Below are positions 1-13,000 of a stretch of 64,000 bases of DNA, one piece after another (within the stretch, counting starts at the first letter, position 1; every line of letters starts with the position of its first letter). Source of the stretch: Tubiluchus corallicola (lineage: Eukaryota > Animalia > Priapulida); NCBI GenBank assembly GCA_030141605.1, contig JAQGDQ010000002.1, positions 310,001 to 374,000 of the forward strand, written 5' to 3'. Below the pieces are notes generated by a model. That model made no database searches and was not told where the DNA came from. It saw only the letters and a list, made by a program, of their open reading frames with translations. The position numbers were made by a program, and so were the translations under genes.

Positions 1-64
1 TACAGCACCAACTGATAAAATGCTTCACGGTTAACCCATCCGAGTAGATAAATTTCCATTTTAG

Positions 65-3000
65 GTCGTATCGGACTGCTGTCAGCATCAGTTGCCCAAA
101 TGAAAGCCAAAATGAAGTACTCGTCAGACACTCCTGCTGCATACAAGAATTTTGAAACACTTGAAGTGACTAGACCTCGCAGTTTCGTTGTACAAGTAAT
201 GCTAAATCGACCTGAAAAACTCAATACGATGAATCCAGCTTTTTGGAAGTATGAGCAGTATTTGGCATTTAAATTAATTTTAGGATACAATAAATTAGAA
301 TTTAGAATAGTGAATTAGACTTTATTTAAAATGCAGACCCTTAATGACTGAGTGACACTCAAAGTTGTCACTCTTTCACATCATGCATCCATGATGAGTG
401 GCTATGCGTTTAGACTTGGTTTTTACCTATGGAAAACAAGGCCAGCCACAGAAAAATTTGTTTCTGTCTTACCTCATGAGCTCAAAAGTTGTCAGTAGGG
501 AGGGAGGTAATAAAACTTTGGGAATGTTTAAAGCTGAATCGCGGTACAATTAAAATCAGTTGAAATCAAAGTTTGTTTAATTTTCACTGGTTACCAGCAA
601 TGTTTTAATGCACATTTTTTCACTCTGTTTTTTTTAGTTTCGTATACCAAATTATCGTATAATCTATTATATTATTGTATAGTCTGCTTTCTGTATCATG
701 AATGTATGTTCTGGTATTTATGGTATAAGCGGCAACACTACTCGTCCATTAATACACTGATTTGGCAAAAAAAATGTTATACTTTTTAGTTCGATTACAG
801 TGGGATATACAAAACAGCAACCCTAGCCGAAAGTTAGCCGTAAGAAACATAGCTGCGTCCTGTGTTCCCTAAAGAACGATGTTGTAATCATTGCATTTTG
901 TTTTAAATTACAAAAAATATGCTTTTATGTGAGTGTATGTGAGTATATCAAGTAAGTGTATGAACTTCCAAAAAGAATTATAAAACTCCCAGCCGGGTGT
1001 GCGATAAAAAATATTACCTTGGCTATTAGACGGACACAGAAGTATTTTTACTATCTGCTCAGAGTTTGCAACAAAAGACTGTAATTGAGTAAAACCCCAT
1101 CTCGAAAAGGTTGAGTTGGGGGTTGTCAGTCACGTGTGTCTAGACTATCGGGAAAGTGTTTCACTCACTCTCTTTCATGACAAATCATCGGGTATGCCTG
1201 GTCTAGTGGTCATAATTGCATATTGTCGCTGTTTGAAAAGTATATTGTAAAATTGCTCTGGAAAATTCAGCATTTAAAATGTGCAAAATGCGTCAAAAGG
1301 GTTGATATGAGAGCTTTTCAGAAGGACAGAAAAGTGCAAACAGTTTGAATCTTATCTATATAGTTGGATAGTCTGAAAAATAAATGTCCTTTCGACTGTG
1401 TAAATATTGATCTTTAAATAACTAGTGCATGACCTTTGAATTTTTACTATCTGTGGAAGAGGTATTTATATGTATAAATTATAGTTATAGTTATTTTTAC
1501 AAATGTAGAAAAATTTAATTAACACTTTTGAATGCTACATTAATTGTGTATGCAACATCTTATGTGATTTAGTCCATTCTGCATTTGCCACTAATATAAT
1601 GATATCCATATTTGGCGTCAAATATATGACAAACTCACCTAAATTAAATTAAATGTTGCAAACATATTCGCTTCAGTAACTTTTGCAAGACGGATTGCAT
1701 CATTCATTATTAAAAAAGAGGAAGAATGTCAGATAGTGTCTCTTTGATTGTGTAGATGCTTAATGATGATAAATTGTAAAAACAAATTCTGCCAAAGATC
1801 ATGATGTTTCTAGTATTTTATGAAACAGCACTTATAGTGATTCTTGCAAAGCCAACTGCTGACTTCTTAAAAATTTGTTCCAGCTTGCATGCAGGACAGG
1901 TGAAGCAACTTCATTAGAAAGGTAGAAAGAGTTGTGAAGCCCAATATTAGTCAGCTTTTTAATTTTGATAGTTTTGTGTGTCATATAACGAGCATTGCTA
2001 ATAACTTTGTGAAAAACTTGCATCAGCTTAAAATTCTAACTAACTAAGATTAATAAGAGAATTAACATTTTGAATTAAGAATGTGGAGTTAATTTACTGT
2101 AGTGTTTATTAGGTTTGTCCTTGCTCGCAATATTAAAAATATGCAGATGACATCTAAAAACTTGATTATAAAATAGTGACTGAACGAGTAGTATTTAAGT
2201 ATAAAATGAAGCATGCCAAGAAATATTAAATTCCAAAATCCAATTAGATATTATCCTCTATTAACGTTAAGGACGTATGAAACCACATATAAATTATAAC
2301 TTTTGAATATTACTGCTCCTGCATGACTTATTTGAAATTTGCTACAAAATTAGTATTGGTGGGGTCTTGTCAGACTCGGCATACTTGTAAATGATGTTGT
2401 TCTGGGTTTCGTGACTGTTGTTGGCAGAGTGGTAACTTGGTAAGGGTTAAAACTTTTTTGTTGCACATGTTTCCAGAAACTGTATGATGAGAAAAGTTTA
2501 TGAAGTTTTATCAAGTGTTGTAAAGAGGAATTATAATATGCTAAACCTCTGTGGATAAGTTTTTTGGAATTTTTTATCGCTTTTTAGGGAGATGGTGGAA
2601 TGTTTCAGTCAGGTAGGCCAAGATCCTGATTGCCGTGCCGTTGTCATTTCTGCTGCTGGTAAAATGTTTACAGCAGGTAATTTGCCATCTGCATCTGAGT
2701 TCTATTTTTCTTTGCATGATATTTAGTTAATATTCTGGATGATCATGTTGATAGTGATGGTGTTGGTGGTGGAGGCAGCTGAGGCAGCGGCAGGGACGGA
2801 TGAGATGATCATGGTGATAGTGGTGATAATGACGGTGGAGAGGACACTTGACTCCATAAATCTTGGCAAATGAACAGTCTAATATAATTCATCCTGGGCT
2901 GGCAATAACAGTAATCAATAACGCAGTACTGTAAAATTCATAGCATGTGAATCAAAATGCTTTAAAATTATGTAATAATTATGTTAATTTGGAGTTTTAT

Positions 3001-6000
3001 TACTGTTGGTAGTAGCTGCACTGTTTTTCATACAGCTAGCTCTGCAAACAAATTTTTAATTTTTATATTAACTCACTTACAAATATGGTTTTAGGTCTTG
3101 ATCTGATGGGCTTGCAAGATGTAATGGATACCATGTCTAGTGATGAACTTGATGTAGCCAGAAAGGCTGAATTTTTTCGCCAGTTTGTAATAAATTACCA
3201 AGAAACTTTCAATGTCATTGAAAAGGTAGGCTTTCTTCTGGTATCAAATTGTGAGTTTCTAAACATTTTATTGTTTTTCAGTTTTTTTGAAAATTTATAA
3301 ACTGCAAGTTGATTTGAATAAGTAGCAACTCTAAAAACCATAAACATGTACAAATGTGAAACTTTTAATGATATACATTTGTCAAATTAAAAACTTCAAA
3401 GTAGCTAATCTGTAACCACACCAACGTTTATTGGGCTTTTCTTTATGCCAGTGTCATGCCAAATGCCCTCCACAAAGTACCTTGGAAATTGTTTTAAATA
3501 GTTTTGCATAAAACTGCTTACTAATAGACAAACAAGTTAATGGCAATGAAAAGAAAGAGAGGTAATGTACCATGCACCTGCCTGTTGTACAGGAATGTTA
3601 AAAATGCAATTATAATCGATAAATTTATAACCGTTGCAGTAATGCCCACAATAACACTCAGTTTTGCAGGAATGTTTATTAAAATTAACCCTTTCCCACC
3701 AAAAATTGGGTGTTAAAAACCCAAATGTCTTTATTTAGTTATAACATTTTGTAATGTTCTCTATAGGCAAATGTCATTTGACCTTCTGTGTATTGCTTAC
3801 TTTGGTTATAATGTTAATTACAACTCAGTGGAGTGTATTTTCACACCAGGGCTGATGTAACCATCATAGTTACTTTCTTCAATATATGATCTAGACAAAA
3901 AATGAAAAAGTTAGCAAAATGCCAAATATTTTTAAAAATGGCCTATATTAGACCTTGTGGTCCTTATCGAGGGTTTGAAATGTAACTCGCTTAAGAACAC
4001 AGTTATTTCTGACAATTTTTTCTTGTAATCTTTTAAGAATATATCTAGTGCAGCATATCAATACAGCAATGATGCTGAAACACATGACTACAATACTGGA
4101 CTGGTAGGCACCAATTACAATGGCTTCACAATATGACTGACACATTTCACGCTACATGTTTTGTATATACTGTGCAACATGCTTTGTGCTAAATAAGTTA
4201 TTTTTCTTTCTTTATTGGCAAATTTTTACTGTGCATGTGTAAACACAAGCGTTGCCAGAGCAGCATTGATCAAATTTAAATTACCGACTGATAAATTACT
4301 GATATAGGTGGCACTTTCAACTTGACTTTCACATTGTTTGAGCTTTTAATTTTGATCATGACAGTTCAGTCAGTCATAATGGTTTAATTATTTTTTAGTG
4401 TTCAAAGCCGGTAATAGCAGCTGTTCACAATGCTTGCATTGGGGGTGGTGTTGATTTGATTACTGCATGTGATATACGTTACTGCAGTGCTGATGCCTGG
4501 TTTCAAGTTAAGGTAATATCTACGGAAAATTATAAACAAGAAACAAAATGCAAAGAATTAAAAAAAGTGTTTTTGGAATTATTTATCCTGTATATCAGTC
4601 AAAAGCTTTTTTTCAACATTGTGTCATGCAATATGGCTTGTTTAAACAGAAAGCTAATTAGTTTTTTGAAAATTTGAAGCTTATTTTAAAGTGCCCTTAA
4701 AGAAGAAATTTTTCATATACTATCCCATTTTCAAGTACGTTAAAAGTATACATTTTAACACCAGTAATACTGGAAAAGCGTTTCTGATAGTTAAATAATA
4801 TACTAAAATCTTAATTAGTGGAGGACGAGTCTAACTATTGATGATGTCACAAACAAACATAATTTTCAACAGCAGAAGTATTCCACGAGTGTGTTTCACA
4901 CATTTGTGAAAGAGAAAATTGAAGCACAGTGCTACTGTAACAGATTCAGTGTTTTATGATAAAACTTGACAAGTTTTAAGATAAAAATTCAAATTTCAAA
5001 TTGACCACTTGCTCACGCTTGAGCTGTCCAATGTGTGCAGTACATCAGAAACGAACACATCTGACCTCAGAGGTACAGCACCTGTTTTCTTGTAACACCA
5101 TTCACGGATTTGTAGTCAAAAATGGTAACTTTCAAAACTAAAACTTAAAGAAGGCAAAAAGTATATAAAGAAAATGGCCAAAATGCTATTATAATTCGTA
5201 ACTTAATCTATCAAATTTTGTCACATAGTACTAATAGTTTTTGTAAAATGATGACTTCATACAGTGGCTAGCTCATGTATAGGCACTGTGGAACTGCAGC
5301 ACAACCTATTTCCACTCGATATTATCGCATATATTCCATATAATGACTTTTCTTTAATTCTTTCTTTATACTTGTACATACTTGTAAATCTGTGTATAGA
5401 ACCAGAGCTCGTAACAAAACCGTGCGCTTCAAAGCTCCAGCAACGTAGTGTTTGGCTGTTGTGCGCATCAATTACAGATGAGTCCTGGTACTTCTTGTGT
5501 ATATATATAAAATGATGTGTAATTAATAATTGCAGTGAAATGAAATCTGTAACTCTGTGTATGACTTTATGCTTATGATTTTTAGGTTTGTCATGCAATA
5601 ATATAATTATGCAGTTATAAGCAATCACATTCATGCAGTTGAGAAATGCTCAGTTTAATGATGCACTGAATATTTTAATAAAATAATTTTGTCATTAAAT
5701 CTTCCTGTGTCTAGGAAGTGGACATTGGTATTGCTGCAGATGTTGGTACTCTGCAGCGGCTTCCTCGTGTTGTGGGAAGTGATAGTTTTGTTCGGGAACT
5801 TGTCTACACAGCTAGAAGATGTTATGCGGATGAAGCAGAAAAGTTCGGCCTTGTTAGTCGAATATTTCAAGGTAGACTTTGCTGCATGTGCACACTCATG
5901 CTATTGAAATTTGTACCATGTTATTGGTGATTAAGGTGTGACCACGACCAATCAAAATGTTAAGGAATCCTCTAATTTTGACACTGAACCAACAGAAATA

Positions 6001-7732
6001 TTTCAGCCATGTCTGAATATGTACACATCTTTTGCCAGCTATGCAAGTGTTCGCTAGCAGTTTAACAGATAAAATTGAACTTTATGTTCACCCATCCATT
6101 TACTGGCCAGGTTGGAGTCACTTAATTTCAGTTATGAAACACCCAGTCCGTATTATCCATATAAATAACAGGCTGTGAGTAAATACCAATACCCTAAAAC
6201 TTTGTGCATTTTATGGATTTAGATGATTTTTGAGGCCGTTTTGCAAATTAAAAATAATAATTTATGTTATGAAACGTTACATGTTTAGCTACCTAAACTG
6301 TTTTTTAGGGAGCACTTAAACACTATTATTGTCTTTGAATCATTTTTTCATTGTGCTTCTTACCTGTCCATGGGCTATCTTAGATATCAGGTCCTACTTT
6401 TTTATTAGTAAATTCACAGTTGCACTTTTATAAATGATTTATTAGTGTTGTGATTCTGTTTGGAACGCTATTTTGCAGATAAGGAAAGCTTATTAAAAGG
6501 TGCATTGGATTTAGCAGAAGATGTAGCATCAAAAAGTCCAGTGGCAGTCCAAGGCTGTAAAATTAATCTTTTATTTTCACGAGACCATTCTGTTGCTGAT
6601 GGCCTACAATTTATGGTACATTTATGTTGATAACATTTTACATTCATTAATTTAAGTTATATATATTCTATATATAAATAAATTCTATAAATTCTACATA
6701 CTGTGAACATGCAATGAAAGTCAGATATAGATAATCTTAAGCTTTCCTGCATAAATTTAAATTATGTGGGTAAAGAGAGTTTACTCCTCTCCCCACCTAT
6801 CCATCCTAGAATAATTCATAAATATTTAAAGGTTGGGCTTCGCTTCAAGGCTGCCATAAGAAGGTGGAAGGTAGTAGTCATCTCGGAGGATAAGAGATGA
6901 ATGCCATTTCATATCTTTTGTTATTTGACACAAACTGCTTAAATACCAAAAGATTTTTCTATTCTGCTAAGTACTAACTTGATTTTTTATAGCAGAATTG
7001 ACAAAAATTAATTAGTAAATTACTAGTACAAGCTTTTAAAACCTAGTTCCTAAGTTCTGAATTTTCCTTTCAATTCAGCGTTGCACTTATTTCTGATTAC
7101 ACTTATGTATAATGCTGAGTGATATTTGAAAAACAGTAATATATTTTCATGAGATTCAGATCATATTTCAAGTGTATAGTGCACCACTGTACAACATTGT
7201 AGCATTAGTTTAAGTGCACAAATTCATATAACAACAGATGTAATTTGAATTGCACCTGTTTTTCGCGTGGCTAAATTAAACTTTTTTCTCTGTTTTATAT
7301 TGTTTTGTTTTTCTACAATTATCAATAAGTAAGGAACCAATAATTATCGTTCTTGTCTGATTTTCTGGCTCACATGACTTGCTAAAAATAACAGGATGAC
7401 AACAGCCATTTTAGTTCAACTATTGTGTCACTTTTTTTTGCAGGTGCATCAAATAAAAGTGACACAAATTAGTCTAATGTGCAGCTAAGTATGAAATTAA
7501 AGAGATTGCCACTTTTGTAAAGATCAACTGGATTCCGATGCATTACTCTTCCTTAAGAGAAAGGCGCAAAAGTGTTGTACTAAACAAAAAGGCTAAAGAA
7601 TCGCGTCCATTTTAATGTTTTTTTTTTGTTTTACAGCAAGCTTGGAACATGTGTATGGCACAGTCTGAAGATGTCATGAAAGCAGCAATAGCCAACATAG
7701 AAAAGAAAACACCTACATTTTCAAAATTGTAA
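65..7732 (+). CDS. ECH1: Delta(3,5)-Delta(2,4)-dienoyl-CoA isomerase (crotonase family); 5' end uncertain
   Basis: Exons 65-248, 2588-2676, 3095-3225, 4399-4512, 5715-5871, 6479-6615, 7637-7732 join in frame with GT-AG sites. Motifs LNRPEKLN, CRAVVISAAGKMFTAGLDL, KPVIAAVHNACIGGGVDLITACDIRYC, KEVDIGIAADVGTLQRLP, SKSPVAVQG; ends TPTFSKL* (PTS1). Start codon could be upstream, ATG 20 or ATG 100. Confidence 0.93.
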
Positions 7733-8350
7733 TATGAACTCTTTCGAATGAAGAGAAGTTATGTGATATGAGTGTTATGATTTGTTGAACAGATTTACAT
7801 TGCAATTAGTTAAATAATAAGTGCTGTATTAACGAACAGAATGAAAAATGAGTAATAATGTGTAAATAAATTATGTAAATGCAGTAAAATACGAGTTTGT
7901 TTTAACACTTTCTATTTCTCTCACTTGTGAAGAAACTGTCATTCAGAACACGATATTGAGCATTAATCCCACAATATATAGTGCTAATTAATCCCACACA
8001 TTGTATTAACAAAAATTCGCTTTTTCTTTCATGTAGGAATAAGAAAGTAGTTCAAGAAAATAATTTCACGTTCTTTAAAAGTACTTTGCATACTGAAGTA
8101 AAGATGGCTGAACCTTCAAGCTTTTATATTTTATAGACTTACAGATTTTAAAATGTTACTTTATGAAGCTTCAGACGATGAGAAATGTATGCATACTAAC
8201 CTCTTCTGAGGCTTCAGCCCTCGCATCAACTTGGAGAATTAATGATGGTACCCCAGACCTGTAGATTTTAAGATTCTAAGGCCTAGGTCCTACAAGGTGT
8301 GTATGATGAAGGGAATTACTAATCGAATGATTATACTGTGCATTTAGCGA

Positions 8351-8420
8351 CCAAAGTTAAGCAATGCTGAATCTGGTTAGTAACTGGATGAGTTTCCACC
8401 AGAAAAACTGGATTCTGGGA
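8351..8420 (+). pseudogene. Degenerate 5S rRNA-derived fragment (5S pseudogene or SINE3-type head)
   Basis: AAGTTAAGCAATGCTGAATCTGGTTAGTAACTGGATGAGTTTCCACCAGAAAAACTGG aligns by eye to the 3' two-thirds of metazoan 5S rRNA (box A AAGCTAAGC, CTGGTTAGTA, box C TGGATGGGAGACC). The 5' third is not recognisable. Confidence 0.6.
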
Positions 8421-8749
8421 GATTCATTTGCCATACTGCCAACTAGATTTAGCAGAGTGAGAATGTAACTGATTTGTCACTTTGGGAATCGCAATCTATA
8501 CACCACACCTCTGTTTGATTGAAAACCATTCAGCTGAATAAAAGAAATGGCTGAAACGAGGAAGTTAGTAAAATTATTAGCTGAGATTAATATTGATCAA
8601 AGAGAATTCGATCTGAGAAAGTAAAAGATAGGTCTAGAAAAAACAGGAGCAGGAATACGTGATAGTGGATGAAACTGTGATGGCAGTCTTGCAGATGTGT
8701 CTTTACAGTTGGTAGCTAAAATGACACTGGTTGTAGGTCGCGGCTCACC

Positions 8750-9786
8750 TTGCCAGTGGACATTTGGGTAGTACACACTTGGACAGTGGCACTTGGGCTG
8801 CAGACACTTGGACAGTGAACATTGTGGGCAGTAGGATACTTGAGCAACAGAAATTTAGGCAATGGAACATTTGGGCAGTGAACACTTGGGCAATTGATAT
8901 TTGGACATTTTGGTGGCATAAGCTACGCTTGGGTAGTGGACGTTTGGGTGATAGACAGTTTGCAGTGTAGGTTAGTGCAATGAATACTTTAAGCAGTACA
9001 AGTGCTACAGGAGCAGGAGCACTACCTAGCTACTTACCTACCTGGTTACCTACCTACCTACCTATTTTTCTACACACCTATCTACCTCTCTACCTACCTA
9101 CCAACCTACTCGCTTGTTTCGCTCAATTACCTACCTAGATGTCTGCTTACTTATCCACCGCCTACCTGTCTGCCTGCCTACTTATTCTTATCTACCTGTT
9201 TGCCTAACAATCCATCTACCTAGCTGCCTTCTTACCTACACGACAGAGGTTGGACGCTGTAAGATACTGCATGAAAACAAACACACTCTTTCATTTTGAA
9301 AATTTCAGAATTGGGCAAAATAATTATACAACTGTTAATTGCTATAAGTTGTTGGTTAGCTAGCTAGCTGGCTGACTGATTGGGTGGGTAGGTAGGTAGG
9401 TATAGCTTAATAACTACGTAGGTAGATGGTGGATAACTAACCAATATAAGTAGGTAGATCAGTAAGTAGATGAGTCGGTAGGTAGGAAGGTAGGTGGATG
9501 GTGGGTAACTAATGGGTACAGAAGCAGGCGCGTGGGTGGGTAGATAAGAAGATAGATAGGATTAGGTAGGTTGGCGGAACTGACAATGTCCCCTTGCCAA
9601 AATATTTTACACTTGTGCTGCATAGTGTCAATAGTTCAAGAACCATTCCTCAAGAACGCACTGTCTTATTGTTCACTGCCCAAATGTCCTACTGCCGAAA
9701 TGTCCAGTTGTCCACTGCCCAAATCTCCACCATCCAAGTGCTTACTGCCAACGTGTCTACTGTCCAAGTGTCTACTACCGAAGTAT
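8750..9786. mobile_element. Foldback-type non-autonomous element with modular inverted arms
   Basis: The left arm (~8750-8970) is made of ~15-bp units like GGCAGTGGACATTTG and the right arm (~9670-9786) of their reverse complement. Inside, (CCTA)n-like 9020-9240 faces (TAGG)n-like 9360-9570. Confidence 0.6.
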
Positions 9787-10086
9787 TAACTATAAAAGAG
9801 GCCGGATTAATTTGGGTACATATATCTATGACTTCGAAGACCTGCAAAGTGCAAAGACGAACATAAAATGTTGCAGATGACGCCACATTCTCAATTATAG
9901 CTTGTGTCGCCACCTGTAAAAGTTATTTCAGCGACGCCATTGTGTAAGTAAGAAATGATATCATAGTATTTATGTCTGATTGTATGCCAAAATAAACAAG
10001 TTAAATTCTGTAGTAAGTATTCGTTGAAGAATACGGACAACGACTATTTGTCTAAGGCGTACGGTTTATACGTTTAACTTCGCAAA

Positions 10087-13000
10087 ATGAGTGAAGTAAC
10101 GCCAAAGAAAATGAAAGTAGCGGAGTTGCGAGCCGAATTGGAAAAACGTGGTTTAGATGTGAAAGGAAACAAAGCAATTCTAGTACAACGGCTTGAAAAA
10201 GCAATACTGGAAGGTATTAATTACGTTTATTACACGTAAAATAGTTTTTGCGTAGCCTAGCAGCCAATTGTATTATTGTTTGTCTGAACTACTTTCTTTA
10301 AGGAAATATCACGAAGGACTTTGTAGTTGTACATCTGCAGGCTTGCCCAGGATTTGAAAATGGCGGCATTTCAATGCGCTGTGGTGACTGTGCGGTATAC
10401 GTTGTGTTTTATCAACGAGTTTGACAGTCAGGTTTCATGACTGAAAGTTTTAAATTTTATCAAACTTCTCATCCACCACACTCAATTCTTTGCAAAACTA
10501 GGCAATGTTATGTAAGTTTACATTTGTGCACTGTAACTGAAAGAAGTGTTAGATGGGAGAGTCGGATGAAACTTGGGAAATCTGAAATTGCAATAATATT
10601 TTAATAATATATTTTTTATCTGCGTCAAACTTTAAATTGCGAGTAGATTCTTGGTCTCTAGTCGTAAATTAGGAAAAGTGGCGACAAAATGAGCTGGGCC
10701 TGTTATTTCTAACAAATTCTTGGATTTTTTAAAGGGTGAGTCATGACTGAGTAGGCCTATATTATAAATACAACGCTTGCAACCATTTGGCGAATTTAGT
10801 ATCCAGATTCAGGAAATCGTATTCATGGTATCCAGCTATAACGTAAACCATAATGTGTTATTGATTGTTGGCTGAATATTTTATATGCTATTGTTTAGTA
10901 ATTCGTAAATGTGTAGAGCTCCCTTTGCACCACTAATCACTACAACCACTGGATATAGTTGAATTCCAGTCTAAATCGATGTGCAGAGTGCGGACAAGGC
11001 TTTCTAGCATTAAGTCCTACTTGCAGTAACCACATTTTTGCAGACTGTGGCACAATGTGCGTGCGACTTTTGTCATTGTTTTGTTAATTGGCATCATAGA
11101 TATGATTACGTGTACAGTTGTGTAAAAATTAATTTTGCTAGGTTTCATGCAATGCAAAATTAATTTTTACACAATTGTACACGTAATCATATACAATTTT
11201 ATCCTCTTATACAACTGCAAGGTACTTAATAGTCTATAAATGTGTGCTTTTGTCTTAATGCTTTTACATTACCTTAAATTCAGCCACAGTAGGTCGTTCC
11301 TTATAAGAACACCCACATTGTTTTTACATTGCTGAACCCTCGACACCTTTATCTCGCTTAGCGATGTATGTCTCGTTTTACTAACAATTTTTGGCCTTAC
11401 TTTAAATGGTGAAATTTGTTTCTGAGCTTGCAGTCTCGCACTTTGTTAATACGCCTGCTACAGTACCCCAGATCACCGTAAAGAAGTCCTGTACTAACCC
11501 AAATCACATTAATAATTTTTCATGTGTCTAATTCATATTAAGAGAGCCATCTGCGAGATAACAATTTTGACACAATTCTCTCATGTTGCATGGTTGAGGT
11601 CAGTTAGCACTGAATGCACTTTGCTTGCATGTGACTTGAGTTGAGCCTTTATGTTTATACAATAATGTGAAAACTAATCAGGGGAGAAGCTGTAGAATTG
11701 CAAAGTTGCTACAGTAATATGTAATAAATTGTTATTCCTTACCTTTTAGTAAACAAACAAGTAAACCTCATAAAGAGTGTAATTGTAAGTCAAGTTTTAT
11801 TGTTTTTTGCTCGTGTTAGACAACTGAACGGTTTTACAATAGTTCCTATGGAAGGAGGAGTTTCATTTAATGATGTTTCGCTTAATGACATGTTTTGCTG
11901 GAATGCTTCAGTATTGTTATGCGAGAACTTGATGTACTTGTTAGAGGAAATTTCATGACGTGTGGATTTCACAATGTTATAAATTTTATAAGCTATCTAT
12001 GTCAAAAAGCAACTGTAAGAGGAAGAAGTTTGCAGTGGTTTTCCTTACTTGTCAATAAATGTCAGTAAATTTATATAAATACTATTAATAATACTATTTA
12101 CAATGCTTTTTCGCTATGCCTATTCTGTGGAAAATTTATTTGACCTAATGTCAAGGCTAGTGTGCTTGTATAACTGCTAAACCTGCTTTTTGCAGAGTCT
12201 GGCGATGGTGATGAACCAGAAACTGAGAATGAGAAAGATCAAATCGAAGTGGAAGGGTCACAATATGCGAAGGTAGAAGAGACGCAAGAGGAAACTACAG
12301 ATTTGCAGCCTGTAAGTACCGTGTTGTAGTCTGCTCAAAGCCTATATAATGAGTTAATGAGTTAAGCATATCATACAAATTATCACACTTATTGTTCAAT
12401 TTGTATGTTTCTTGTCTAGGAAGTTAATGGTGAGAAAGTTGGTACTGAAATTTTACCCCCGGAAGAATCGACACAGAAAGAGGAGGTATAGGATACGGCA
12501 TCATTTTTGTAATTTATATTTTGATACAAAACCAGCGATGCTTTTCGCTGGTAGTGAATATTTTGCTCTTAAATAGTAAATGCACATTCTATTTGAATAA
12601 ATAATTTGCATTTTCAGAAGCCTATCAGTAATGATGAAGCTCACTCGGAGGAAGTTAAGGATGAAGTGGCTGTGGATGAACAGGTACGACTATTTACTTG
12701 CCTGATTTATAACAAAGGGTTGTTATTACTTCAGCATGTGACTATAAAAAACTTTTCTCAGTTATATGTTAAAATTCAACCCGAATTCAATTTCAGGAAG
12801 ACATGGAGAACATGGAAATAAAGGAAGAGTGGAAAGCAGGTGAAGAAGAAGATGACACCAAGCCTAAAGTGGAGACGGACGGAGATAAAAGTGCGTCTAC
12901 ACGTAAATACAAGATAAAAGAAGCGGATATTGAAATCTCGAGTGTTCGTGTATCTAAATCTGGCAGGGCATACTTTTCTAATGAGCCCAGCTTTGAGTCA

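Noticed and set aside
1199-1240. tRNA A-box-like TGGTCTAGTGG (also TGGCAGAGTGG near 2422)
   Set aside because: No B box or cloverleaf.
8303-8370. ATGATGA...CTGA, C/D snoRNA-like
   Set aside because: No convincing terminal stem or rRNA guide, intergenic, and overlaps the 5S-like sequence.
8716-9913. ORFs with repetitive Cys/Pro or Tyr/Leu/Pro content
   Set aside because: Translations of the foldback repeat arms; no splice context or domain.
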